In this document: positions 1 through 12,412 of the stretch, piece by piece
Layout of the letters: the number at the start of each line of letters is the position of its first letter
Position numbering within the stretch: the first letter of the stretch is position 1
Assembly (NCBI GenBank): GCA_013265495.1
Contig: MU058153.1
Span: 1,304,001-1,368,000, forward strand
DNA: 64,000 nucleotides
Direction: 5' to 3'
Source of the DNA: Vicugna vicugna
Lineage: Eukaryota
Program-made: the position numbers and the translations under genes
Notes under the pieces: model-generated
Seen by the model: the letters and a program-made list of their open reading frames with translations, nothing else
The model's database searches: none
Told to the model about the DNA's origin: nothing

Positions 1-1579
1 TTGCAGGGAGTTTTTGTATTACAGATTCCCAGGATTCACTTCTTACCCCAGGTGAATGCAGGTTAGATCAAAGGGTCCTAGTTCATTGTGCAGACTCCGA
101 TTCAGTAAAGCTGTCAGGGAGTCCTCAAGACAGAGTCAGCTGTCGGAGGAGTCCCTTATCTTACAGAGACAAGCCCAATTTGCTCAATCATTGACTGGAA
201 GCAGCTTGAGTAGAAACAGCCTTGGTACAAATGCGGCAACTGATTTCGGAGCCCAGCATCTGCGTCCCCCCTCAACTTGGAGGCCTGTGAGGCACATTCT
301 ACAATCTCCTTGCTTTTAAGGATTATGATTGCTTTTTAAGTATAATTAGCTCATACAATCTTTCAATTTAAAAATAGATCTATTCATAGTACTTGCCAGA
401 ATCCTCCAGCTATTGGCTACTGTTGGCTGTTTATTTGTTTGTATCCTTCTATGTTTTCCACTCTTCACAAGCAGTTAAGGAAAACTTGCCTTCTCCATTT
501 GCTTTTCCTCCCCAAATATTAGAAACAACAGAAATTCCCCCTAAACATCTAGACCTGGTCCCTCATGCTTCATCATTTTGTGATGCTCACTTCCCGTAAG
601 AAATGTCTCTTGCTCTACCAAGAAAGTCATACCTTGATGGAGGAACGTGGTGTCTGTCTCCTCTCCACGGGCTCTGCCTCCTGAGCCCTGTGTGAGCCAG
701 AGCCCATGATTCTTCCTGCCATACCCTTTTTGATCACATGCTCGCCTCTGTGTCAATGGGACTGGATTTTATGAGTGGAAGGCACAGATCTTGTTCTGTG
801 TAGGAGGTTTTATAGCTGTCTGCCTTCGCTCTTTCACCAAGGGAAAGTCAAAGTGAGGAAAGCAGTCAAATGAGTCACACGTCAGAATTTATTCCGAAGG
901 GTGCTGGCATTATTACTCTGCATTACGGAAGTGCTGGCTCTGCTTGCTACCTGAGTCATGATTCAAAGTGGAAACAGATTTGGTTTTTACCATGTTAGAG
1001 TAGCAGATAAACTCCAACCCATGTTTTACTGCCTCTGAGTCTTCCTGCTTCCAGAAATGGAGATCATTGTCCATTTCATCATTTCAGCAGGAGACGTCTT
1101 GTGGGCACATGGTACACCTCTCAGAAAGGCATGCTAAAGAATGAATGGACGAATGAATGAATGGAATGAGCTTGCTTGAGGAATTTGGTGCCTTAGAATC
1201 GTATGTATCATATTTTGTGTTTCCTCTCTGTTGTAAAAGAGAAACTTTATGCATTGAGTTCTATGATTGGCAGACAACTCACAGAATCAAACCATGTGAG
1301 ATCTGGAAAGAAACTCACACATGATCTGTTCTATTCTATTGAAAAAAAAATGAGAATTGAAGGGGAGTGACTAGCCCAAAGTCACACAGTTGATAAAGGC
1401 AAAGTCTATAACCCACCTTCTTGTCTTTTCTCTTTCAACTAAAACTGCTATTTTCCCTTTTCGTTTTTTGTAGTTCATTTGAAAGGAAATATTACTGGTT
1501 CTCAAAGTTTACAAAAATCCTACCCAAATATTCTAAAATCCATTTGAATTCATGAAGACCCAGTGGATTTGCCAAATAA

Positions 1580-1720
1580 GACTCACTCAAGTCATTCATT
1601 CATTCATTTAACAAATATTGAGAGTTTATTATGTGTCAAGCATTGGTCTATCTGCTCAGAAGATAAAAACACAAAGACAGGCCAGGTCCCTTCCCTCCTG
1701 GGGAATGTATTTTAGTTCAT
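1580..1720 (-). mobile_element. L2 LINE 3' end fragment
   Basis: CATTCATTCATTCATTTAACAAATATTGAG...TATGTGTCAAGCATTG is the reverse complement of the typical L2 3' tail. Confidence 0.75.
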
Positions 1721-1744
1721 ATTCAGAAAGAATGTTTTATCTGT

Positions 1745-1905
1745 GACTGTCACTCACTGGCTATATGACCTGGGACAAATTTCTCAATCTATCTGAGCGT
1801 CATATTTCTTTGTCTGTAAAACTAGTAAATCCCACTTTACTTTGTTGTTGGAAGACCAAAAAGGTAACATCACTCAGCAGAGTGCCAGGCATGTAACAAT
1901 AATGT
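1745..1905 (+). mobile_element. MIR SINE fragment
   Basis: MIR core-like GCTATATGACCTGGGACAAATTTCTCAATCTATCTGAGCGTCA...TCTGTAAAA, with a 3' CAGAGTGCCAGGCATG end. Confidence 0.75.
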
Positions 1906-2278
1906 GGGCTGGCTTTCCTCCGTATCAAGCCTGGGTATTCCAGTTGCCCTGATTTCTGCCCTTTTGTTTTTCCTCTTTTTGGACCTGCAGAGTGGTGGAA
2001 GGTTTGCCCTGGGCAATCTTTTGCCTGCTTGCTAATTTTCAACTGCATTGACTTTATTTCTGTTCCATGAACACTCCTAGCTCCTTCTTCCTTTAGTGTC
2101 TTTGGATCTGACCCTCTGCCTAGAACATTCAATCCTCCCCACCCACTTCCAGGCCTCCTATGGCCTTTTGTATCAGCCTTACTCCTGCTTATCTTTACTC
2201 TGAGTTTAATTATCACTGGGCAAGAAGTCCTTCTGTTACTTCCCAGGCTAAGTCAGATCTTTGCTACACATTCTTACG

Positions 2279-3320
2279 CAGGTCCATTTACATGACTTGC
2301 TGAGCCCAACCCCAAATGAAAATGTGTTCAAAAAACAAAACAAAAGCATTAAGAAAAGCAAGTTATAAAGATTTTTTTCTTCTTCTTCCTTCTCTCTTGA
2401 CTTTTCAGGGTGTTTTTTATTTATTATTCAATGTTCTAAGTAAAGAAAAAGTTAAAATTTGTAATTATTAGCATTACTTTAATAAATTATTAAATTATAG
2501 TGCACAGCTTTAAGTTATTATATTTTGACATTTATCATTATTGTGTGCAAAGCTAGTTTTCATGGCCAATGAGCTTAATAGGAATTACCCAATTCTTATT
2601 TTGTCGCTCATACATGCGTATGTATTTCCTTCTTACTAGAACAGAGGAAATGTTGCACAAAACTAATTAGATTTTTTTAATCTTATTTCTTGATATGCAC
2701 ACATTCTATCAACGTTCTCTACTTTCAACTTACTGATGGATAAAAAAGGACAGAAAGGAAAAGGAGCTATGGGTTACTCTTTCCTCCCTTTTGCTTCAAT
2801 GTCATCGCATCCAGCATAAGTGATTGGCTGATACAGGGAGGTAACGTGAATAAGGAAGAATATGATAGAGTTGCTTGGTCCTTCATGTTTCTTTCAGTGT
2901 CATTAGCCTCTTTCTACGTTCCAAGTAAGTTCTGGTTAGAACAGGAAGTGTTGCCTCCAAGGGCCGTCAGTGGGCTTGCTTACTCAGTCTTAGATGTCAC
3001 ATACTCATCTCCTATACTCTTACACTCTTTTAAGTATCACCAAATTCCCAATACCCTACGCTCATCAGAATTCTGTGCTACATATGGACGGGGCAGTGAG
3101 GAATGGTGGAACTCACGTTCCTTGGTGCCTCTGCACATGTGCATGTTCCATTACACCAGTGGACTTAATTATTACACAATTTCAGATTTTTAAGTTTGAT
3201 CATTTTAATTATCAAGAATTTCAAGACAGCAATGGGAGAGCATCAAACCAATTCTGCAGCCTCTCTGAACATGAACTCTCATGGGACTATTGAGAGTCTA
3301 TGCCTGGGAAGCTGGCCTTG
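2279..3320 (+). mobile_element. MER45B-like hAT-Tip100 non-autonomous DNA transposon
   Basis: The 5' end CAGGTCC...GAGCCCAACCCCAAATGAAAATGTG and the 3' end AAGAATTTCAAGACAGCAATGGGAGAGCATCAAACCAA...GAAGCTGGCCTTG resemble the MER45 termini. The ~1040-bp length fits the B form. Confidence 0.7.
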
Positions 3321-4842
3321 ATGACAGCACCCTGTGCCTTTTTTTTTAAATTGAATTCCTTATAACATTTGTAATGATACAGTCATGAAATTATTTGGTT
3401 ACTGCATGCCTCCATGTTTAAGCCACAAACTGCATGAGGGCAGTGATCTTATAACTTCTTACTTACCTCTCCTTCAGTAAATATTTTTGAGTATATGAAT
3501 AGAGAGAGAGATGAATATGGATGGAAGGATCAGGAGTGTGAAATCTTTATAAACAAAATCAAGGAATGACTTGAAATTAATGACAAGAATTAATATTAGT
3601 GTACATAGTTAGATTTTATAGATACCTTCTTGAGCTGTTTATTCCCCTCCTCCTTGGAGTTACGTTTTGCTTTCTAATTCTGTGTGCTCTGCTTGATCAA
3701 ACCTTAGTCATAAAAAGATTGAAGATACTGCTGTCCATTCTAAGAGACTCCTTCTTCTTCCTGAATGTGTGTGTGTTTCAAACATCATCACACACATACA
3801 TAGAAAAAGCTGTCCATTTCATTAGTACTAGATTTCATGTTATTCACGTTCCAAAAGGGAATGTTTCTTCTATTTTTACAGGCCTTACATTATTAGCCAC
3901 TCAGAGGGAAATAACGGTTCATTTAACTATGACAAAAACAATAGAGACCCGTTGCTTTTTGCTTTCTTTTGTACAAATTCTAATGCATTTTTAACTCCAC
4001 CCCACTAGTTGGCAAATCAGCCATTACAGTCACCACTGCCCTGTAATGCTTTTCAGTCATTTTTAATAAACCCAGACTTTAAGATGGCTTATTACTATCT
4101 CCATCAGCTACTAGAAAGGGACTCTTTTCCTGAACCGCTGGGTCCTGCAGAATTCTAGCTAATGAAAGTGGATTTGAAAACACTATTCAATTAAACCAAT
4201 CTGCTGAGATTTGTCTTTTTGTTGCTTTTGTTTTTTAGCCAAATTTAATGTTCAGCAAAATCTGTAATCTCACATTCTGACCTTTGCAGAAGTTACTCAT
4301 TTAATTGACAATCCTCTGGCTCCCAGTGCTTTTGCTTCCATTCTTTTGCAGCATGATTTCAATAGAATCCATCTAATCATGCAAGTCTAGAATTTCCATA
4401 AAAGTTAAATGGAAAAGGATAGCTTAAACACAAATACATTTTAATTATTTTTAGCCATAAAGGGAGAAACAATACAATATACAAATGTTAGTACATAATC
4501 ATCTATATAAAGTCAAATGAATGAATAAGTTTAGCTGTAATATTCATATAGTAGAGAAATTAACACAGAATTGTGACAAGGGTGCATTCACCTTAGATTT
4601 TGAATTATACAAAAATTCATAATTTAAAGATACAAGTAATGACCTCGGAGTTGTGAAGACTAGATTTTTATTATTATTTCTGCCACTGGTATGATCTGAT
4701 ATTGATTCGAAAGTATTTGTGGCATCAGGAGTATAGTGGTGAACAAGGATAACATATTTCTGTCCTTAAGGAACTTAACAGTAATGGTCAGTGACTTAAG
4801 CAAGTCCTTTTCCCATCCTGAGTTGTTCTGGCTTTAATACAA

Positions 4843-5225
4843 CATTCATTTAATTATACAAATATCTTCTGGATATTTACTAGAGATTGTCAGAGTGTTA
4901 TATGAGGTACAAAAATAAATTTTACATAGCTCCTAATTTCAAGGAGCTTATATTCTACACATAAATAACTATGAAGATAAGATACATGAAGCACCACAGA
5001 AAGATCTAGCTAAGATGCTATAGGAATGAAAAATAAAGAGGATTTTCAAATCGTGAAATCAAGGCTTCCTTGACTAAATAACTTCCAAATTGAGTCTTAG
5101 GAGCTAGAAAAGATTTGTAGGTGTTGAGGTTGAGGAGAAAATGGGAATTCTAAGAGAGGATAGTAGAAGTCTTGAGGAGGGGGAGACTCAGGCAAGTATG
5201 TAATATGATCCTGTAGGCTGAGTAT
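4843..5225 (-). mobile_element. L2 fragment
   Basis: CATTCATTTAATT...CTCCTAATTTCAAGGAGCTTATATTCTA is typical L2 3' region in antisense. Confidence 0.6.
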
Positions 5226-5676
5226 AGTGTGTGTCTGCTTATTTGTGTGCTATTCTCCCTTCCTTTAAGGGCCTGGGCTGGTGAAGTTGTCACTTATGAT
5301 GAGACCCAGTCCAAATACTGCCTTGTCAATGCAACCTTCTAAGCCTTTCCTCACTATCCCTTTTCAAAAGAACCAGTCACCTCCTGCCATGGACCACAGT
5401 GTGATACTTAATGTGCTATATAGTCTGGCACATAAATATAGTCTCATATTTATTTATGATTCCATTAGTCTCATCAGATTTCAAGTTTCATCAAGGTAAG
5501 TACTACGTCTGGCTTTTTAATCCTCTCCATTGTATAGATGGGTTCTGGCTAAATTGATGCTGAATTGAATTGAGTTGAAATTGTGAGAAAATGCGATTGC
5601 AGCTATAGATTGGCTTGAGGGTCTAGAATGCCATCTTACACCACTGAAACCTTTTGTCCTGAATATAATAACTGTA

Positions 5677-5677
<1 letters not shown>

Positions 5678-5716
<39 letters not shown>
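5678..5716. repeat. (AAT)n microsatellite adjoining an antisense MIR (to ~5930)
   Basis: About 13 TAA units, directly visible, followed by MIR-like GGCACTATTTTAAGTGCT...GAATTTGAACCC. Confidence 0.9.
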
Positions 5717-5717
<1 letters not shown>

Positions 5718-5964
5718 TTTGGTTCTGGGCACTATTTTAAGTGCTGTGCCAACTTTATTTTATATAGTGTTCAGAACAATCCAGTGCCATAGGCAATACT
5801 GTTACTCCTGTGTTAGAGAACCCGAGGCCTAGTGTTTCAGGAATGGTCCCAGAATCAGAGCGAGTCAGGGATGGAGCCAGAATTTGAACCCCTGTAACTT
5901 GACTCCAGGAAAAATGTTGTGAACTGCAGTGCAGAACTGTGCTTTAGAAAAAGTAATTTTTTGT

Positions 5965-6121
5965 GGGGAGTAGGGTGTAGCTCAGTGGTAGAGCGTGTGC
6001 TTGGCATGCGTGAGGTCCTAGGTTCAATCCCCAGTATCTCTGTCAAGAAAATTAAAATAAATTAAATAAATATATAAATGAATGAATAAACTTAATTACC
6101 TCTCCCCTCCACCCCCAAAAA
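5965..6121 (+). mobile_element. tRNA-Ala-derived SINE (camelid vic-1-like)
   Basis: tRNA-Ala-like head GGGTGTAGCTCAGTGGTAGAGCG...GGTTCAATCCCCAG (A and B boxes), AT-rich tail, and 15-bp TSD AGAAAAAGTAATTTT at 5946-5960 and 6122-6136. Confidence 0.9.
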
Positions 6122-6819
6122 AGAAAAAGTAATTTTGCAGAAATATTCAAGGTGAATCAGAAGGAAGGGAGCCAGTCAAGGATCTCAACCTGGAGATAAT
6201 TGGACAAAATGATTATGGTGATGGAGGTAAAAAGGCCAGAGTATTTGTTGTTCATTCAAAATTAAAAGAGTTGATGAATTAGTCCATGCGGGGAGGAGAG
6301 AAGTGTAAGCTTGCGCAATGTTGAGCCCACCTAAGTGGGACGAGGAGAGTCTTAGTCACACGCAGGGAAGTAGAAAACCAGGAAAGAAGCAAGTTTAATA
6401 GGAAAGATTAGATAATTCTGTGATCGATGGTGCAACTTGTTTATTATTTATAAATTATTCAAGCCTGAGTGTGGTATCCTTTAGTGATTCCTGCTCCTCA
6501 GGGAAAAGGCGTTGTTTATGAAAACAATACAGTTTATTATGTGCCATTGTTCTCATTTGTATTCTGGTTTTGTGGAGATATTTTTTTCAAGATGAAGTCA
6601 TGACTTATTTTGGAAAATAAACACCATATGTGGAAGTTGTTTTTGTTGGAGGTTTAGAAGGAAAGCTAGAATTTTCACAAAAATGTGCTTCAAAAGGGGG
6701 ACAGACCATTGTAGCAAAAATAAGGATGTTCACTCTTGGTTTTCTCAATGAATAACTGAAAAAAAAATCCAATATTTTATTTGAGAAAATCAGTATCCCT
6801 GTATGTTTTTTAACCTCAA

Positions 6820-7000
6820 AAAAGTTGCTCAACCTCAATAAATCTATTCCCTCACCTGTAAAATGGGAACAATATTGGGTGTAACCTCACAGAGCTTTGG
6901 TGAGTATGCAGGGAGATAGTGTATGTGAAATGTTTGCATAGCATATATCATATGGGAAGCCCATAAAAATAGTAGCTCCCACTATTATATCATTACTGTC
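6820..7000 (+). mobile_element. MIR SINE fragment
   Basis: CCTCACCTGTAAAATGGGAACAATA...ACCTCACAGAGCTTTGGTGAG matches the MIR core and tail. Confidence 0.75.
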
Positions 7001-7782
7001 AGTTCTTACATTTACTGAATTTCCTCACTGTCTGTGCCTCACTGGAGAAATATGACAGTGCCTAATATTTGTTGAAAAGTAACATATAACTGTTGTTTTA
7101 GAACCATAATTATGATAATCTTATTCTTTCTTGGAGCCTGCAACACTTAACATTTGCTTTATCTTACAGTTTGAGATGCAGAGAAATAGGGACTGACTTG
7201 TAGACTTTTTATAGTCAGAATTTATATTTTGTATTATTCATTCAGTACTCTGGGTTTGATGTAAAAACAGTAAGGAAAGAGAGAATAAGATAAAATGGAA
7301 AAAAAAAAAAGAATGAAATATATCCTAAGAGCTTCACCACGCTCAGATGCTGGAACACATGGAACTATAGTGTTGTTATTTGAAATAACCAAATGGGATT
7401 TTCTAATGACGTACATTTTTGATGTGTTTAATTCCATCTTAAAATCTGGGAACAATCTGACTACATTAAAACATTACTGTGCAAATTAAAAACACAATAA
7501 AATCACAGCACTGTGAACGCAAGTCCACCAAAACTAAAAGTGCTTGAACTAAGTAAGCATGTGTGACTTTTTCTGAGGTTTTCCAATAACAAGTTTTGCT
7601 ACCCATTTTATTATCTTTTAATGAGCAAGCTGTTTAACACAATAAAAATTCATAAAAATGTATAACAAAATAATATAAACTGGAGTCAATATTATCAATC
7701 AGTTTCTCTCTTCTTTCCCTTCAAAATGGGAATACTGACATTGTTGGGTTATTTTTTCTTTCTTTTTTTTTTTTTTTCGTAG

Positions 7783-7886
7783 CTAGAAAACACAGTCCTG
7801 TTTGTCAACCACCAGCGTTCCGCGTGAGCCTAGTTTCTGAATCACAACATAGAAGTATGAACAGCAAGGAGAAGCCCTACTTAAGG
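7783..7886 (+). other. Candidate spliced exon (plus strand, 104 nt)
   Basis: Long poly-T acceptor ...ttttcgtag| and donor AGG|gtaagg. One frame is open (RKHSPVCQPPAFRVSLVSESQHRSMNSKEKPYLR); no homology recognised. Confidence 0.35.
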
Positions 7887-8374
7887 GTAAGGCGGGTTTA
7901 TGTGGCTTTAATTGCAACACTTTAAAAAAAGAGATAGCGGTGATATATTCCCATGGGTATAATAAGAATCAACGGTGAGATTTAGCTGCCAAGAAAGCTA
8001 ATTAGACAGCCTACATTACCAGCAAAATTCTCTCTAGAGCAAAAGAAATGACATTTCTTCCTGCTCTGTAATCTAAAGGCAACACCTAGATTACCGGATT
8101 CAGTTCAGAATATAGAACTTTAACTTGGGTAGAAATAAACAAGAGCACTTTCAGGAGTTTGCCACCAGTACCATGAACAGCAAGCACCAACATGTGCCTC
8201 GTTTCTACACCCTGAAAACCGAGACCCCCAAACCCAGCAAACCTCTCTTGATACAGTCCTCCATTCATCAGGAAAGGGGGGAATCAAAGAGGACGGGGCA
8301 GAGTGAACTCAATAAAATGTAAACGTGCTATTTAGTAGCTGGAGATCCAACCGAACGCCTATTGGCTACACCTA

Positions 8375-8672
8375 CAGAGCTCAGTATGGTAGCTGCCAGC
8401 CATAGGTGGTCATGAGAACTTGAAATATGGCTAGTCTGAATGGATAGGAGCTATAGATGAAATGCACACTAACTTTTAAGGTTTCGGTATTAAAAAATGT
8501 AAAATATTGCACTCTCAATTTTTATATTGATTACATGTCAAGATCACGTTTGGGGCATCTTGACTTAAAACAGATCATTTCATTTTACTCATTTCTGTTT
8601 ACAGTTTTTAATGTGGCTACTGAAAAATTTAAAATACATTTGTGCTTTATGTTATGTTTCTATTGGACAACA
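8375..8672 (-). mobile_element. MER33-like hAT-Charlie element
   Basis: Ends ...TTTAATGTGGCTACTGAAAAATTTAAAAT...TTTCTATTGGACAACA, the reverse complement of the MER33 5' end. Confidence 0.75.
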
Positions 8673-8683
8673 TTTTTCTAGAC

Positions 8684-8968
8684 TGGGTCAGCAATTTTTT
8701 TTTCTCTAAAGAGAAATATTTTAGGCTTGTCTCTGTCACAATTACTGAACTCTGTATAGCACAATAGCAGTTATAGGCAATATGTAAACAATGTATGTGG
8801 CTGTGCTCCAATGAAACTTTATTTATGGACACTAAATTTTAAATGCCATACATTTTCATGTGCTATGAAATATTGCTTTTTTCTTTTTTCTAACAATTTA
8901 CAAATGCAAAAGCTATTCTTTGGCATATAAAGACAGACTGCCTATAGACCATAGCTTGCCAACCTCTG
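8684..8968 (+). mobile_element. MER58B-like hAT-Charlie MITE
   Basis: TIR remnants GGGTCAGCAA / TTGCCAACCTCTG, internal GGCTGTGCTCCAATGAAACTTTATTTATGGACAC, and perfect 8-bp TSD TTCTAGAC (8676-8683 and 8969-8976) matching the Charlie NTCTAGAN target preference. Confidence 0.85.
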
Positions 8969-9350
8969 TTCTAGACCTTACTCTGCATTTATTAATTTTG
9001 GCTCTTACTAAAATGACCTAATCTATATCCTCATCTAAAACTTGTGATGTTTATAACTTAATTATAGAGTGTCCCCCTCTCCCCCAAGGTATGAGAGTTT
9101 CAAGTGAAGTGGCAGGTAAATAACTTTACAACTTGACACAAAGATAAAATTGGCCAAGAATAAAATAAACTGCTCCTAAAAGCAGTAATTTTCTGATACT
9201 AAATGTGTATAAACAGAAGGAAATTTCTAGGAAAGCATTTAGTAGAAGAAAATGAAATAACTAGATGTGATTTAATTAAACGTATAACTTCCTTTCAAAT
9301 CCCAAACACATTTTGTTTGGTTTTGTTGTTATATGTTAACTCAATTTTAG

Positions 9351-9416
9351 TTGAAATGTTGTGGGCAAAATTCAACAAAAGATCTCAGAGTTCAGGTTCT
9401 GGACCCTATCACAGGA
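9351..9416 (+). other. Candidate spliced exon (plus strand, 66 nt)
   Basis: Acceptor ...tcaattttag| and donor GGA|gtaagc. Reads LKCCGQNSTKDLRVQVLDPITG in phase with the 7783-7886 candidate. Confidence 0.25.
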
Positions 9417-9428
9417 GTAAGCAATTTA

Positions 9429-9600
9429 TTATGTTGAAAATCGTCGGTTCATAGAAGATTTTTGTCGGAATCTCAAATCTGATGGATTGCACTTCTTCCC
9501 ATTTGGTGTAGAAAATGATAAAGTTTTAACACATGAGATTCTGGGAAGTGGACTGGTATCATTCTTCTTTTTATTTATCAATGAAATAATAATGAATTCT
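9429..9600 (-). other. Candidate terminal exon, minus strand (ORF end plus polyA signal)
   Basis: Acceptor ...aaattgcag|. Reads (R)EFIIISLINKKKNDTSPLPRISCVKTLSFSTPNGKKCNPSDLRFRQKSSMNRRFST*; the TAA stop overlaps AATAAA (ACATAATAAA). Confidence 0.3.
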
Positions 9601-9676
9601 CTGCAATTTATTTGAACACACAACGAATGACTGGAAATAAGTTGATAATATTTTAAGTTGTACTTTTAATAAGTAC

Positions 9677-9734
9677 CTCTCCAGTGTTTTCATCCTCTTT
9701 GCTAATTTCTTCATGCTCTTCAGCTGAGTCTTAA
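9677..9734 (-). other. Candidate internal exon, minus strand (58 nt)
   Basis: Acceptor ...gtgctatag| and donor GAG|gtactt. Reads (V)KTQLKSMKKLAKRMKTLE(R), phase-compatible with both neighbouring candidates. Confidence 0.3.
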
Positions 9735-10130
9735 CTATAGCACATATGATGCAATTACTGAGTTTAAATTTTGGGGTGAATAAATTGGTCTCAGTCGCTA
9801 ATGGATTCTTTATACTGATTGAATTTGCCTGTCGAATTGGTTTAAATTGCCCGACCATACTTCAAGGTTAAATACAAAAGTATGTCGAGCTATTAATTCT
9901 GTGTTGCTGTTGTTGGTTTGAATGATGTAGGTAGTTGAAGCTAGAACAGGAGATTAAATTAATTTCTGCCTTCACCTTGGCCCAGCCTTTTTCTGTGTGT
10001 AATGTTATCTGTGACATTTGTCCTCATTCTGAGAGAAAATGAGGAAAACTCACCAGAATGAAAGACCAGCCCTCATTAAACTGATGATTTTTAGGGAGAT
10101 TTCCTTTGATCCCATGCAGTGAAATGTTAC

Positions 10131-10203
10131 CTTCCTGAAGGTTGAGTTTAGCAATGAGAAATCCAAAACTGAAAGCACACCGACCCAAATCAATCAGATC
10201 ATC
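10131..10203 (-). other. Candidate internal exon, minus strand (73 nt)
   Basis: Strong poly-T acceptor ...tttgtccttgaaatag| and donor GAAG|gtaaca. Only frame 0 is open: DDLIDLGRCAFSFGFLIAKLNLQE. Confidence 0.45.
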
Positions 10204-11084
10204 CTATTTCAAGGACAAAAAAGACAAAAAAAAAAAAATAGAGTATCTTCCAGCTGCTGACAAAGAAGTCAACCTGTCTGAGCTACAGTTCGGTCCCGTG
10301 TGTGAGGAGCGAATATTCCCCATGGCGGCTCTGCTTTCTCAAATCCACGTGTGCTCCACATTTACAACTTTGTTCTGCAGGCTGAAAGAAATGGGGGAGT
10401 TCTTACTTTTCAGATGATTAAATCCAATCCTATGCAAATGTCCTTTGAGGCTAGACCATAAGACGCTCTCAAAGTCTCTCCAGAGAGTAAAATTTCAGTT
10501 GCAGTCAACTCTAATCCTTAAAGCTTTTATGAAAACTTAGGTGGGAGACAGGACAACTAAGCCTTTGCAAACAAGCTTCGAGAGACTATTATGTAGCCCA
10601 CATCCATCATCCTCCGTGTATCCCCTGCTACACACAAATTCATCTCAGTGACAGGGAGGAGGAGCTCACATCGATTTTCTTCATCTCTTTGGGGACAGAA
10701 CTTCAAAATTGGTCAATTACAGTATTGCATATTTCCTTGTTACCAGCCTCAGCATACAACAGTTGTCCTAACTAGTAGGCAGAAGCGTGTTTTATCCAGT
10801 TACTGCGTATATTCTTGTTTGTTTTGTAAATCAAAATTAGAAGTCAGCTTTTGTATCCAATACATATTTTAGAAAAAAATATTTTGTTCGATTGTATTTT
10901 GTGGTTATGAAAGTAAGATATGCACCCTCTGGAGACTTTGGAAAATACTGAAATATAGTTTTAAAAAATCCTTCATAGCAAGGTTTACAGATTTGTAGAA
11001 TCTATACAGAAATAACCACTACACAGAAATAACCACTATTTATTTTTAAGTAAATTACTTTTCAGTATTTTTTAATACTTTTGC

Positions 11085-12412
11085 ATTAATTTATTCAGTT
11101 AATGTATATAATGCCTAATACATACCAGGCATCACACTGCCATTTGGAGACACGATGGTGAGTGAAAGAGATGTTTTTGCTTTCACAAAATGTATCATTT
11201 AGCCAGAGACAAACAAACAAATGCAAAATAACATGCTTTGTGCTTTAACAGAATGAGACAGAATAATCACACATGGGAGGAAAAAAGAGCCCAGACGTAG
11301 GAGACAACAGGGAAGGTTTGTGGGAAAAATATTGAGTTTAGGCCTGAGGTTGGATAGCATGTGGGCAGACAGAGAGGAAGGAAGGAGGTGGAAAAGTATA
11401 TTGATCAAGAGGAAAGGCTCAGATAAAAGGTCTGGTGGGTGTTTCAGGAAGTAAACAGCTGGTGATTATAGATTATAGCTCCAGAAGGTGAAGAGGAGAT
11501 TTGAAAAAAAGTGAGACCAAGGCAGTGACAGGAGCAATACTCCAGCAGTCCATGGAGGTCATGTAGATTACTTAGGCTAGATGCCAAGAGACTCTAAAAA
11601 GAGGCCCTATGTATAGCATCTCAAACTAGAGGGATGCCCATTGCCCTCTTACATACCCACACAGAGAAAACTGAGCTGTCAGTGTGGGTAGCCAGCTCTG
11701 TTCTACCAAATCACCTAGAGACTCAAGTTCCTTCTTTCTCGGGGTGCTCTCATTCCCTAGGGTGCTGTCCGTGTGGTCACATGATCCAGGTTAGCTCCCT
11801 TGCACTGCATCTAGTTTCCATTCACCCAGGAAGAAATGAAGAAATAGACAATGTCCTTTTAAGGAACTGACGTAAAAGTGTATAGGTTCCGTTGTTGAGA
11901 ACTTGATCACATAAGCACCGTGGAAAACAGTCCCTCCGTTTGCAACAACCAAATGCCTGCTAACGTAAAATCTGAAAGAAAGACTCTGTACTAAAAAGAA
12001 AAACAGGAGGATATTTACCTCACTGTGGTATGAAGTCTGGATTGTATTTTAAGAATAACAGAAGGCCATTGAAAATTTTGAACATGGGGATATTATTTTT
12101 AGACCTAGATTGTAGAACTTGACTGTATAGAGGAAGATGAGTTGGAGGCTCACAGGGATGGAGACAGGACTACTGGATGGGAGGCTGTGCAACGAAAAAA
12201 GTATTCAGGCAAGGGATAATGGCATCATGGGCTAGGACAGAGGCAGAGGAATTATGAGGAAAGGAGCAGTTCATTTATGAGTCAGAATGAGTCATTTCTG
12301 AGACTGAATTGCGGGGCTGGATGCATCGTTTAATATGAAGGGTAATCATGAGGGAGACTGAGAAGTCAAAATGTCTGGTTTGGTGACTGGTCAGATGGCG
12401 CCATTCACTGCT
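11085..12412 (-). mobile_element. Degraded L2 LINE (interrupted ~11600-11990, probably by an LTR fragment)
   Basis: L2 antisense hallmarks: TACCAGGCATCACACTGCCATTTGGAGACAC, GAAGGCCATTGAAAATTTTGAACATGGG, and GGAGGCTG...TTCAGGCAAGGGATAATGG. Confidence 0.6.

Noticed and set aside
1800..3994. 115-138 aa ORFs in the track
   Set aside because: They have no recognisable domains; most overlap MIR or MER45 sequence, or are AT-rich chance ORFs.
5965..6045. tRNA-Ala gene (also at 12960, 37365, 50724, 63048)
   Set aside because: Broken stems, variable anticodon region, A-rich tails and TSDs show these are SINEs.
8125..8322. AKR1C-like N-terminus (MNSKHQ)
   Set aside because: The similarity stops after about six residues.
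9351..9416. Tetraspanin exon (LKCCG motif)
   Set aside because: Only the CCG motif matches; no transmembrane-coding exons or other tetraspanin features were found.
9421..9615. Plus-strand frame AIYYVENRRFIEDFCRNLKSDG...
   Set aside because: It is preceded by an in-frame stop with no start or acceptor, and is the antisense shadow of the minus-strand candidate.
11006..11038. 17-bp-period tandem duplication ACAGAAATAACCACTA
   Set aside because: Real but a trivial slippage event in old repeat-derived sequence.
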